Source of the DNA: Camelus ferus
Lineage: Eukaryota
Length of the DNA: 64,000 nt
Assembly: GCF_009834535.1 (NCBI RefSeq)
Contig: NC_045697.1
Span: 71,550,001 to 71,614,000, forward strand
Direction: 5' to 3'
Below are positions 38,441 through 51,234 of the stretch, one piece after another (position 1 is the stretch's first letter; each line of letters starts with the position of its first letter). The notes below the pieces were generated by a model. The model saw only the letters and a list, made by a program, of their open reading frames with translations, did no database searches and was not told where the DNA came from. The translations under genes were made by a program, and so were the position numbers.

Positions 38441-39714
38441 TATATATATATATACTCTCTTAGCCAATTTTAATTATACAATACCACTCCCTATAGTCAC
38501 CATGTGTTACCTTTAGTCACCATGCTGTACGTTGCTTAAATTTTAACTCTTATTTAAAATCATGATTATAATTTAACCTTCATTTAAATCATGATTCTCT
38601 TTCCTGGATATTTTTCTTAAGATTTTGTAAGTTATATTGCCATTGTTCTCAGATATTTTCTTAAGTCACTTTAGTCCCTTGAGTATACCATGATACAGTG
38701 GGAAGAGTATAGTGTTAATCATTGGAAAGGGTTCTGTAGCCAAGCATGCCCTACTGTTGCTGGCTGTATTTTTTTTTAAAGATTGACGATGTAAATGAAC
38801 ACTTCCAAGATGCTTATCGATCCTGCAACAACAACAACAAGGTTAGCTCTATCAACTCTTTTAAGACTTATTGGGGATGGTTTTCATTGTAGAAAATTTG
38901 GAAGATAGAAGGCAGAAACATAAAATTCTATTTCGTTGTACTACCAAGACTTTATCCCTGTTTACGTATTGCTGTTGAGTATATATTTTTATGTGTATGT
39001 ATGTATATAACATTTTTAAAAGCGAAATTGGACCAAAAATAAAGAAAGAAGAATTTTTTTTTAAGAACATAGGAAATACTTTTTCATAGCACTGGACTTG
39101 ATGTCAGATAAGCATAGGATCAAATCCTGGCTCTGTCACTAATGGACCTTCACCTTTTGAAAGTCATGCAACCTCTCTGATGCCCAGGAGGTATTATGTA
39201 TATTGATGATGACATCATTATTCAGGAGAATAAGTGGCTCACAATGGTAATTCAACTAGTATCTCTTATCTTAAAAGAAAAACATCACAGAAATTAAAAT
39301 TGTTCCTTCTAGGCATTTGGGATTGAGGATGTTTGTCAACAAAGAGTGTGCTAATGCTTTTATATTCTTATGCAGGAGTAATTATCCTTCCTTCATTCAT
39401 TCTGCATCTCCTGTGCTAGGCTAGGGGGATACACAGAAAGTTGACTCCAGCCCTCAGGAACTGTATGTAACTAAAATAGGATGGGACAAGCTGAATACTC
39501 TGTTTCTTTTTATTTTCATTCTAGCATCAGGTGACTCAAAACCTCTCAGCCCACCGAGATCTCAATAATTCAGTCATGAGAACGAGTTAGCAGGGGTGAG
39601 GAACAGCTAAGAGTGTTTTTCTCTGACTACTGGGGGTGACTGCTGATGCATAACTGTTGTTACAGAAAGTCATTACTCATTTCAAAATGCAGTCATGAGT
39701 ACAGTCTCCTGGGA

Positions 39715-40149
39715 CAGAGTTTTGCAAATTTCAGCCATTTTCATAAGACCTTCCCCAATTTTTGGCTATACCACCTATCCTCTTGTTTAAGAAAAAATTT
39801 TCTTTAGGCTAAATTTTTTTTAGCTTAAATATGATATATTTTAAAACATTGTATCACTACCATAAATGAAAAATCTTACCACTTGCCACAAATAGAGAGT
39901 GACTATACAAATAAACAGATTGAAAATCAAATCGTTTTGAAAAAGTTATAGCTAAGGAGAAGCTTTGGGCACATGGTTCACTCTCCTTTTGAGAGTGTTG
40001 GAGTTCATGGAGTCACGGGAGCTCCAAACTGAGATCTAATCCTTGAAGGAGTCAGGATTGGGGAAGTATTCTGAAGGAATGACTTTCCCTCCCTGACTTC
40101 CTATCTCTGTGTCTCCAGGGGCTTGCATCCCACCTATTGGCAAACACTG
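39715..40149. mobile_element. hAT-Charlie-type DNA transposon remnant
   Basis: Imperfect TIRs cagagttttgcaaa / ttggcaaacactg. Confidence 0.5.
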
Positions 40150-40204
40150 TCTCTGAAGGCAGATTTCACTTTCTAGAAGGTTGAAACCAAGTTTGATTTA
40201 GAGC

Positions 40205-40390
40205 TTACAGGTGTAGGCACTATGATAAATACTCTACATACTTCATCTCATTTAATTCTCACAACAGCCCATTTCATAAGTGGTGTTATCCAGATGCAGC
40301 AAGCCGGGAATCCAGGCTCAGGGACGTTAATTATTTGCTGAATTTGGACTCCATGTCAGCCTGACTCCAGCACTTGGCCTTTTGACTGCT
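40205..40390 (-). mobile_element. MIR
   Basis: catctcatttaattctcacaacagccc..aggctcagggacgttaattatttgctg..cctgactccag. Confidence 0.65.
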
Positions 40391-41112
40391 GTGTGTCTCT
40401 CTGAAGTGAACTCGTTTCATTCTCACACAAACACATTTATGTACCCATGTCAGACAGGTATTCCTCCCATAGGAACAATTCCGGTTTTTTAATCAAAAAA
40501 GTAGCCATGTGTGTAGAAAGTCATTTTAATAGAAAAATGTGCAACATAAAATATGATATTGTGACTTATTAATATATCCACTTAGAAACTTTCTTTATAA
40601 GGGATGGAATAGACAACCACAATTTCCAACTGATAATTACAAAAATTTAGAAAGTTTTGCTACTTTCAAGGTCTTTGGAGGTGAGGTAACAGGAAGTGAA
40701 ATATCTACAATGAAATGCTAGAAAAAAAAAAAGTCCTTAATGAGGGCTGTTAGCGTATTCAGAATTATCAAAGCTGCAGTACAGATGTGATTAAAATATA
40801 CTGTAAAATGCCTGTAATAGAGTACTTTTAAGAATTCAAGGCTAGTAATTTGCATCTGCCTAATACTTTGCATCCTCAAAGGAATGTTGAAACCCCCTAC
40901 TAACTGACTCTTAGAAAATTCTTCTAATGTATCATTTGCTTTGACTCAATGAGAAATCTAAACAATGGTCATTTAAGCTATTTAATCAGGGTTATTCCAC
41001 AAACACTATGTGAGGAGAAGCAGAAAGCAAACACGCACATGTGTCTGTCTTACCTCAGAAGGCTTTAGGAAGGGGAGAGAAGGAACCAGAGCTGAAAGCA
41101 GTATTCAGATGT

Positions 41113-41633
41113 TGTGGTAGACAGAATAATGGCTCTCCCCAAAGATATCGACAACGTAATCCTCAAACCTGTGAATTTGTTAGTTACGCGGCAAAAAAGA
41201 ATTAAGGTTACAGATGAAATTAAGATTACTCAGCAGTTTACCTTGAGATGGGGAGAGTTGCATGGATTATCCAGGTGTCCCAATATATTCACAAGGGTCC
41301 TTTTAAGTGAAAGAAGAGGCAGCATGTCTCCTGCTGCCAGAGACATGGTAGCATGAGAAGGACTCAGCCCAGTGCTGCTGGCTTGAAGATGGAGGAATGG
41401 GGCATGAGCCAAGAACTGTGGTTGGCTTCTAGAAGCTGGAAAATGCAAGAAAATGGACTCTTCCCTAAGGCCTCCAGAAGGAACATAGCCCTGCCTGCTG
41501 TTGTCTCGATTTTAGCCTAGTGAGACTCATTTCAGACTTCTAATTTCCAGTACTGTAAGATAATACATTTTTGTGGCTTTTAAGCCACTAAGTTTGTTGT
41601 AATTTTTTACAGTACCAATAGAAAACTAATACA
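41113..41633 (+). mobile_element. MLT1D/E-type MaLR solo LTR
   Basis: TGTGGTAGACAGAATAATGG...GAAAACTAATACA termini. 5-bp TSD gatgt (41108-41112) / gattt (41634-41638). Confidence 0.88.
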
Positions 41634-41989
41634 GATTTCTAAACACATGTGGACTCAATAAGAGAAAAGAATAACATGAATGCCACAGATAGAACCCTGT
41701 CCATCAAACCTTTGTGTACCATCAGCCTTATTAAAACACTGGATATAACCATGAAAAAATAGTTTTTATTAAATGTGGTATCAGTGTTACCTTTGGTAGG
41801 CATCCTTGGTAAGATATATGCTTATTCATTATTGGAACATCTCTCTGGAATTCACTGTTGTTTTAACAGCAAAACAAAGAAGAAAGTCCCATTACTGTTT
41901 ATTCACATTCGGTGGTTTTTACCAGTTTAATAGCCCTTGTCGTTAATGCTACTGGCTGCTGCTGCTATTGCAGTTCTTACTAGCACAGA

Positions 41990-42160
41990 TACGTGAGCTC
42001 TGGCAAGGTATTTACTTTCTCAGTGCCTCAGTCGCCACAAGTGCAAAATGGGATAAGAGTGCTTGTTCATGGATACTATGACATGAAAAGAAATGAATGC
42101 TTGTAAAACACCAGAACAGTTGTTGGCACATATTGGGCACTCGTGCACTTTGGTACCCTT
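41990..42160 (+). mobile_element. MIR
   Basis: ctcagtgcctcagt..caaaatgggataa..gtaaaacaccagaacagttgttggcacat. Confidence 0.6.
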
Positions 42161-44683
42161 AACTATGGTTATCCTCATCCTCGTCATCATCACTGCCGTA
42201 CCTATCCATGACTGCTGGGGGCCAGCTCCCACCCGACATGCAGGCTTAATATTTTATCTCTAGGAATTTAGGATCAGTATCTCCATATTTTCAGATAAAG
42301 GAATGGAAACAACCAAGAGACAATTTAACCAGGTTGAAGAGCCTTACAATGATGAAGTGAGAACTGTTCCTGAAATAATCTGGCTAAACTTCTGGTAGGC
42401 TTGGTGCCAGATGTCCTCTGCTTTCATTATGCCCTGTTCCATCCCACCCCCTCAGGGGACAAAGATATTCTGAAAGACAACCGATTTAGATGTGCACTCC
42501 TTATAAAAGGTCACTAATATTATTTTAATGTGCCCGTTTTGTTTTAATGACTGAGAACATGAACCATTTTTAACCCTGGTAGGGAATTATTTTGAGGCCA
42601 TTATCTCCAAATGGTAAAAAATCGGTTAGAGTCAGGCTACCTTGCCATGAAAAGAACCATATGAGATAGTTTTCTGGGGCAGTTTCTTATAAAAGTAATA
42701 TATGTGCATTTGAAAAATAGAAAATAATATAAGAATAAACTATGGTATACCACAGTCCTCCACTAAGAATTAAGTATTGATAATACTAGTCTGGAATTGT
42801 GAGTCTGTGTATATATACATAAAGGGGCTCACATTGCGTTTATGGTTTTATGGTGTTCACTGTGGTTTGCATATTGATTCATGATACATTTTCAGGTTTT
42901 TTTTAAAATCTCAAACAGAGACTTTGTAAAATTTAGATCTTTTGGGTGTGTAAATTGTTCAGTTCTGCATTTTGTGATATTTAAGGATTTATTGACACTT
43001 TATTTCCAAGATTGTATTTCTAGTTAACCCTAGGATAAATAAGAGGATTCTTCAACCACAAGTCTTAATGAGGTACTAAAATAAAGCACCTTTTAATGTA
43101 ATTTGTAAAAATCCATCCTTTTTATAACATGTAAGTCCCGTCCCTTAAAGAGTGGGAATTATGCTTCATTATCTTTATATCTCTTGAAGTCTGAACAATT
43201 TTTTTAATAATAATTGTTAAATGATTTTAAGTAAACGTATGAAAGGTATAAATGATTATAGAATTGATACTGAGGCATTTTTATCAACTTTATAGTACTT
43301 ATGGAGAATTATGGTAAATCATGGTAAATAATCTGAAGATCCAAGTAATGAGTGAAAACTATAAAATGTTAGAGTAGAGAGGATCTAGGATCAGAGAAGG
43401 GTAAGAATGATTACCTGTTAAATATGACTGTCTGGAAAGAACATATAGAGAATTTCCAGTGAAGGAACTGTACCCTTCATCTCTGTATCTTTTCAAGTAT
43501 CTGTTGCTGATTTTCATCTTTGCTTACAATTGTAAGCTACATCAGGATATAAGACTTCCTCAAGTTCAAGTGGTAACATTTTTAAATACTAATAGTATTT
43601 TATTTTTACAAACTCAGAGAAAGAAATGTAAGGGAAAATTCAGTCCTTGGATAGCGATTTCTCTTCACTGTGTTTAAGTGTAGATAATTAAGGAATCACA
43701 TTCAGTAAATAAAATGGATTTTTAAAGTTGTTAAAGAGTAAGTGTAAAACATTTATTTTCATACATTCTTGACTCTATCTTTAAAACTTTTATATGGTCT
43801 AGAGCTTCAGGTTTTGGTGGACAGTACCCTTATACATTTTAATAAGAGAGAAGAAAGGTAGAAACAATTGTAATAATTCTTTCTGATTGTTCATATTCTA
43901 AAATCATCTTTATTTGTCTGAAAGTTCACATTTTTATAAGAATTTATGCACAGATCTTATTGTAGTATATACTTCCAAATGTCAAATATTAATGAAAACA
44001 GCCCCATCAGGAACTCCCAATGCTTCATTATTTCAGTTCCAAAAAGAGTTTTAAATTCAATCTTGTACAAAATATTAGCCATGGATAAAGTAATTGAACA
44101 TTCATTTTTTTAAACTTTGACTTTTGTAACCTGGTTAATGCCTGAGTTCTAGGCTGTTAATTTTCTTAATATGACACCTGGAGCATAAGAATTAATAAGA
44201 GTAAAATAGCAATTTTTATAGAAGTTAGTATGAAGTGGAATACTCTTAAAATTGCTTTTACTTAACCATGTATTATATTATAAAATCTCCCTCATCACTG
44301 TCTATATTAATTTTTGTAGTTTTGGATAAACATCATAAATACAATATTAATTTCAGAATTGCAATCTAAATTTTAGGAACATAATTTCAAATATTGTATT
44401 CTTTGTCTGGTAATAAATGATTTGTCCCTCATATGACAAACAAAAATCATTGTGGTGAAATAAGGCAGATTTTGAGCTGACAAGTTAATGATTTTAGTGA
44501 ACTGAATTATGCACATGCATTTAGTTCCTTAATAAATAACATTATAAACCACTTGTTTTTCTCATTAGGAAAGACTGAAATCTGCATTTTCTTTTTTTTA
44601 TATCAGCAAAACTTGAGCCATAAACATTGCAGTCATAATCATCAAATATGGTATTGGAAATACCAACAGTGAAACAAAAGATT

Positions 44684-44845
44684 CTACAGTAATTCTCAAA
44701 CTTGAGTGGACTTAAGAATTACCCTTGTTTTTTAGCTACATGATGGGTGATTCTTTCCTGGGAATCAATCCCAGGAAATTCTGATTCTATCAAGGTCCCA
44801 AAGTGTTTCTGAGGCAAGTAGGCCCTTGGCCACGTGATGAGAAAA
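44684..44845. mobile_element. MER5-like hAT remnant
   Basis: cagtaattctcaaacttgagtg..agaattacc..aaattctgatt..ccacgtgatgagaaa. Confidence 0.5.
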
Positions 44846-46183
44846 GAATGAAGTCACGATGGGGCAGTGTAGCTGTTACCAAGTGCTGTACCAAAGTTGA
44901 GGGGTTTTGTAGAGGCCCTCAGTGTTTTGATCACTTGCTAATATGTGATCTCTACCCAGAACTCATGTTTACTGTGAACTTAGGCCCCAAGAGGCCTCAG
45001 GTTGTTTCTGCAAATGGTAGGAGGCACACTTTGCTGGGTCTGCTGTTTCCCTTCTGGTCAAGAATGGTTGCAAGAGGATGCAGACCTCAGGAAGGTGGGG
45101 TGGGGTTTACATGCTTGCTGGTATTGCTTTCAACGAACAAGCAGAAATTCCTTCTACTCTTTGTTTCAGTATGTACATATATTCTAGTATACAGCCATTT
45201 CTAAGATAGTTTACAATGCCCATAGTAGGATGTGAATTTTAAGATAAACTTTTCACAGAGGGTTTTGCTAAAGGTATGTGTTCTTACTCAGTTATTGTCT
45301 TATACTGTGACATCATAGATAATTTTGCACATGGGAGAACTGTTGAAAGACATTAATGTCTAAATGATAATCAGACACTTGCCAATATAATTAAGCTGTA
45401 TTATTCCACTAAAGTTTGTGGACACAGAGTGTATTTATCATGTCCTTGACATATATATATATGATATGTATATATAGACACACACACACTTCAGTAATAG
45501 TGACTAAAAAGCATTCATTTCCATGAAAGGAATTCAGAAAGGAACACATAAACGATTTGGTATTGCTCTCAAGCCATAATTACCTATACTCTCTCTCTCT
45601 CTCTCTTTTTTTTCCCTACTATTGCCACCATTTTATGTGTTGGAAAGAGGAGGTAGAAATGGATAGTGAGGGAGACAAAGAAACAAAGGAATGCCAGCAC
45701 GATTTTCTCTTGCTCAGAACTAGGGCAGCAAAATTAGATTTGCCAGTGGAACTGAGGTTAATTCTCTTTTTAATCTCATCAGCTGATCACATGCTTTTGT
45801 CCACTGGAAAGCCCAAGGAAGGGACTGCAGTTTTATTTCATTTTCTCAATAGTATTGCCTGCAGTATAGTTTGAGACCCAAACCAGAGTTGACAGTAGAT
45901 GATGTGAATTTAAGCCCCTCTCTGTGACTTACCATTGGGGTAACCTTTGGCAAGTTTCTCAGACTTTCTAATTTGTGTCTTCTCATGCTTAAAATACTGA
46001 GTTAAATTGAGTTAAAGTACTTCTCTTAAAACTGTAACACTATGAATAGCAAAAAGTACACCATCATATCCATGTGATTGGACTTGGTGTATTATCACAA
46101 TTGAATGGAATTTCAGTGTATGTTACTTTGAAATGTGGTACATTTACAGTCAAGTGTTAAGCAGTTAGTTACTCAGTTAGATG

Positions 46184-46644
46184 TGAGGCCCGCTTCTTGG
46201 GGCCGTGGCTGGACTGAAGACCCCCTGGCTTGGTCAAGGAATTCTTGCCAAGAACAAAACTGAGTCTGGTGCAAGCAAGACAAGCTTTATGCTCACGGCT
46301 CTAAAGGCACCTCCTCCCTGGGAGGAGGGGAGTAAGGGAACTTGAAGGCGTAGGAAGCAGGTAGGCCTTGCAGACTCTATGAAAGGGGCAGACATTTCTG
46401 GGGGCTGCTGGGGCAGCTGTGGCACGAGCAGTTTTCAGAGTTCCTTTGCCCGTGGCACACATTGTGCCTAGCAGAGTACAAATCCCCGCTTTGGGCGGCG
46501 ATCTTAGCTTGGTAATGAAGCAAAGGTTAACTTTCAGACACCTCCAGGTTTCATGTGAGCAGGCGTGTTCTGTGGTCAAGTCAGAGCCAGTTGGGGGTGG
46601 TTGACCACTGTATGTCTCTCAAAGCACGTATCTGTCACAGTACA
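46184..46644 (-). mobile_element. Solo ERV1-type LTR (461 bp)
   Basis: TG...CA termini with a perfect 4-bp TSD gatg (46180-46183 / 46645-46648). On -, a CATAAAGCTTGTCTTGC poly(A)-like signal precedes a U5-like end. GC-rich relative to its flanks. Confidence 0.65.
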
Positions 46645-48275
46645 GATGCAAAGCTTGTCTGCCAAACCCCTGGTACTTTTGAAACAAACACAGAGATAAA
46701 TGAGGGTAAGTGTTCTTTAGTTCTCAGGGGTTGGTATGGAAACACAGAGGTAAGTCAAGGCTAGGAAAGCCTCTCTGCCTGCTGCCTTGGATCTAGCTGC
46801 TTCAGTCTGGTCTTGTCACTGGTCTTTGTGGCATCCTGTTGATAAAACACATTTAGCCTGTTTGGTTAAAGACAGTTTCTGCGCCTGGGCCTTGGGCTGC
46901 ATAGCACTGGGGACAAAGCCACTTTTCAGTAAAAAACCTCGGGGACTTGTACTGAGGATGGAGGTGGGGACAGGACAATAAATATCCATCTTCAATGCTG
47001 AAGTTGTTAAGCAATTGAGAAATAAGACAAAAGAATAAGGCCAAGAGGAAACTGGATATTGCCTTTATCATTGATACAGTTGGCACTGGCGAATGTGGTG
47101 GATCTCTAAGTTGCCTTTATATAAGCCACAAAGAGTATGAGGCTATCACTGCATGGAAGAAAGTAACTTGTGGGGTCATGTTTCCCAGATATATTTTCTT
47201 AATTAGTAACCTAGTTTGTGTATTTAATTCTCAAATTAACATACCCTTTTCCACTCCTTTTTTTACTCAAAGTAGATCTGTAGTTTAGGCCTTTTCTTCA
47301 AAGCAAAGTGGACAATTAGAGATACTGCCCAGAGTTCTATCAACTGGGATAGTTTCCTTTCACCATTCTCTTCCAGGGACAATCGTGAGTGGGGCCTTAA
47401 TGCAACAGCCATTCACTTTGGACTGGTTCCAGTATATTTTCAGATCCAAAGCATGTAGTATTTGTTTTGATTTACTGTTTTGATGGTGATGGAGGGGATG
47501 GGGTTGAATAGTTCCAAAGACTTACATTTTTCCCTTCCAATGATAAAATCCTCATTCTCTGTAAGGATCCTGCCATTGGCTATGTACATGTATTACCACA
47601 TACATTCCTGGCTTAAAAATACCCACAGGATATCCCTGTGGGCCCACTAGGACCATTATTAGACATACCCAAGGCAAGATGTTATTTATCATCACACCTA
47701 ACTTCTGTAAGTTCACTCTTACCAGTGTGCTGTAGCGGCACTTTGAGGCCACCAAAATGGGGAAACACATAGCTGCAGGTCTCTGACGAATGCTTGGGAA
47801 AAGATCTGTTATATCCATGTATAGCATAGAAGAATCCTTTCTCAAAGGGACTTGGTCATCCCTCGGTCAAAGGGCTCTGAGTCCGTAAACTGTAAGGGGG
47901 CTTTGAATTCCCACTACTGCAACTTAAGTCAGTTTCTGCACCCAAACCTAGAATTGTTTTGTTTGTAAAGGTGACATTGAAACTTCATAGGTTATACAAA
48001 TACTTCATATCTAGGGACCCTCAGATCAATTAGTTACCACAACAGATCCCTGTGGTGAAAACACTTTGATTACTTAAATTGCCTGTAATAATTATATGCT
48101 GCCATTTATTCTCTACCGATCCAGACTTCATTATTCCCCCACTGACATCAAAAACTTCATTTCAGAGATCCAATTTGTCATCATTGTCTCCAGGCTACGG
48201 AGGACAGACATCACAGAGCTTTTCATGATTGAATTTCTTAATGCTTAGTGAAGGGAATGTCAGAATTCTCTACAG

Positions 48276-48572
48276 CAAGGGTCTGCAAACTGAAGCCAAC
48301 AGGCAGAATCCAGCTGGTGGCCTATTTGTGTGCAGCCTGTGAGCTAAGAATAGTTTTTACATCTTTAAAGGGTTATTAAAAAGAAAGAAAGAAAAGGAGA
48401 AGGAGGAGGAGAAAAAGAAAAAAATAAGGAAAGAAGAGAGGGAGAAAGAAAGAGAGAAAGAGGGAGAAAGAAAGGGATGAAGAAAGGAAGAGAAGACATC
48501 CTATGTTGCCCATAAAGCCTCAAGTATTTATCATCTAGTCCTTTACAGAAAAAGTTTGCCTGCTGACCCCGT
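48276..48572. mobile_element. MER58A-type hAT element with an expanded internal purine tract
   Basis: caagggtctgcaaact..tgagctaagaatagtttttacat..tttacagaaaaagtttgcc..gacccc. Confidence 0.8.
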
Positions 48573-49530
48573 GTATCCACTGTGGTAGGCAAGTACTAGC
48601 ATAGTAATCACATGGACTGTAGGTCACTAGGGAATCCAAGCTTTACTTATACATTCTAGTTGGCTGTTAATGCCTCTCAGGTACTTTAGATAACACATTA
48701 AATTCTGAATTTTATATGAATAACCATATTGATGAAATCAGTGGGATACAGTCCTTTGGTTTGCCCTCCTTGGTCTAATGACTCTTAAAATCCGTTCCAT
48801 ACATACTTTCCAAACCCATGCTGATATCTATTGGCAAGATCCTGTAATAATTTCTGTGTGTACAGTAGTTTCTCTAGAATATTCCTTTTGCTTATGGGAA
48901 CTAACTTTAGTTATTGACCTTAGAGGTAATCAGTGAGGGATGTTGGCATGGGTACAGAGAAAAGTTGACACTGCTTGTAAAGCAGTTGCCTCAAGTGAAG
49001 TTCTAGAAGGCTTTTAATTTTGTTTGTGTTTATTTGTTTTTACAAAGAGTGCAAATTCTCTTGGTTAAAAAAGATCCAGGGATATTTGGGAGTTAATGTT
49101 TTTAGCCTCATCTCTGCCCAGTATTTCTCTCTCAAGTCTTAGGATTTCACAGCTTCCTCAACAATGCTCTTACATTAGTTTAAGATTCTTGGAGGGTTTT
49201 ACCTGCTACTGAAGTTATAGCTCTGTCTTTGTGTGAGTGCATGCTGTCTAAGACAGAGAAGCCATAATACCAACCCCCTCCATCTCTGTAATCCCTGTTG
49301 CCACCTTATTAACTAAATTCCATAGATACTTGATTTCCTAAGACTTTCTCCTCCATTGACAGTCCATCCCGTATGCCATTATGTCATTATGTGGCTTCTG
49401 CATGCCATAAATTGTCAGTGTACTATTTCCATTTAGTGAGGGGTTGCTTGTGTTCTCCGCAGTCATGTGAGCAACCCAAATCCAAAATCCATTCTATAAG
49501 GGTCTATTTCCTGTGGCCACTCCTAGTTCC

Positions 49531-49960
49531 TGTGTTTATCAGGATCCTAGCAAGAAACAGATACCACCACAGAGATTTTAACTGAAAGAAATTTAATAAA
49601 AGGATTATTTGTTAAGATGTGCAGGGCTGGAGAACCCAAAGAGAGATAGGGAAGAATTTGAAGACCAAGCAGGACTTCTTTACTATGCCAGTGAGGGAGG
49701 TGGAGGAAAGATGGTTACTAGAGATCCATAAAAACAAGGTACAGAAGAAAAGCCCCAGAAGAGCCACAAAAAAACCAAAAACCAAAAAAACAATCCCCCA
49801 AAAACCCAGCCATAGCCAAAATTCGAATGGGGAAGGGAGTGGCAAGTCCAGTAAATAACCTCGTAGTTCCTTTCTTTCACTTTCTGGTGTTCTGATGGTG
49901 CTTTCCATTGGAGTGGGCGTGGGAGCCTAAGTGATGTAACCCACAAGGAAGGATTAAATC
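49531..49960 (-). mobile_element. LTR33-like ERVL LTR
   Basis: tcaggatcctagcaagaaacagat..tttaataaaaggattattt..ggtgctttccattgg. Confidence 0.55.
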
Positions 49961-50749
49961 TGGAGAGATCACAAAAAATATTAAGATCCTCAGGAGATCA
50001 TTCTTGAGTGTGAACTGGAGAAATGAGAAACACGTAAGACACTGTGTGAGATAGTACTGCTACCATATTTAATTGATCTTGATAGTTTTTTTTTCAGGCT
50101 GGTTGAATTCTGTGAAATCAAAATTCATCCTAAAATTTGCAGTATATCAGAGTTTATTTGATCACAGTATTCTTTTCTTGGAGAAGTATCAAATAATGGG
50201 CTATCTTGTGGTTAAAGTTGTCTTAGATTCAGTACTCTATACAGTAATGGCAATAAAAGGAGGGAGATGATATAAGCATTGCAAAAAAAGAATTCCATAA
50301 ATTTGTACTAGGTAAGTTTGAAACATTTTAAAAACACCTCACAGATCTAGAATCATTTATGTTTATCCTTTTAAAAATGAACTATTAACAATTAACAATT
50401 AATAAAAAATTAACAATTGGTATTAGCGATAAAAAGTGATGCAGGTAGAATTGAACATTTGTAGTTTATATATAAGGGGGTAAGAGGCTTTTGCAAAATA
50501 ATCCTGTAACAGTTAACACCATGCTTCCTTTACAGAAAGGAAAAAAAAAATTCTCTTTCAAGGTTGTTCTGTGAAGCATAGAATCATTTATTTGCATGTT
50601 AAAAGGAAAAAGGGGAAGATTCTGCATTTGTATAAAAATAATTTTTGCTGGTTATTGTTCTTCATCATAGCTCAAAAGCATAATCTTAAAATGATGTGTT
50701 GGTACCTTCCTCTATTTGAAAAGAAGAACTAAGTTAATTAACATATTAT

Positions 50750-51234
50750 AAAGCTTTCCCCTGAAGAAGACTCTGAGAAATGGATGTGAGTTCAGGTGGT
50801 TTATTTAGAGGATGAGCCTATGAAGCACTGGTGAGAGAACTGAGAATGTGAGACAAGAGAGAAAAGCCAACAGTGTGTGTATTAATAAGCAGAATAATGT
50901 GATGAGCTGTTATAATTAATATCACTAGGACCTCTCTAATTACTGTGGAGAACAAACCTCAGAATTGTCCCACTGAAGATGGAGAAGCTGACTTATTTGC
51001 ACACTGACTTCCATCCCTTATTGACTGAGGGTTGCCCCCCAGGCCTCCATGTACCAAATCCCCAGCACTTCTGAGTTGCCAGGCAGGCACACGGGTGGAG
51101 GAAGCGCCCTGAGCTCCAGAAAAAGTAACAGCAATGTAGAGGTTGGAAGTGGTTAGTGTGCTTAACAACTGAGCACCAGGCTGAAGCTAGTGGGCCAGGA
51201 AGATGTGGGATGTGTATCAACAGCATCTGCTACA
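50750..51234 (-). mobile_element. LTR16C-like ERVL LTR
   Basis: gactctgaga..ggtggtttattt..cctcagaattgtcccactga..ctgagggttgcccc..aacagcatctgctaca. Confidence 0.7.

Noticed and set aside
47622..47642. 8-bp hairpin cccacagg-atatc-cctgtggg
   Set aside because: Too short for a pre-miRNA or structured RNA, and expected by chance in 64 kb.
50590..50597. Isolated octamer motifs (also ~6237, ~6957, 54361, ~60779)
   Set aside because: ATTTGCAT recurs by chance in AT-rich or LINE-derived DNA. Only clustered instances were reported.
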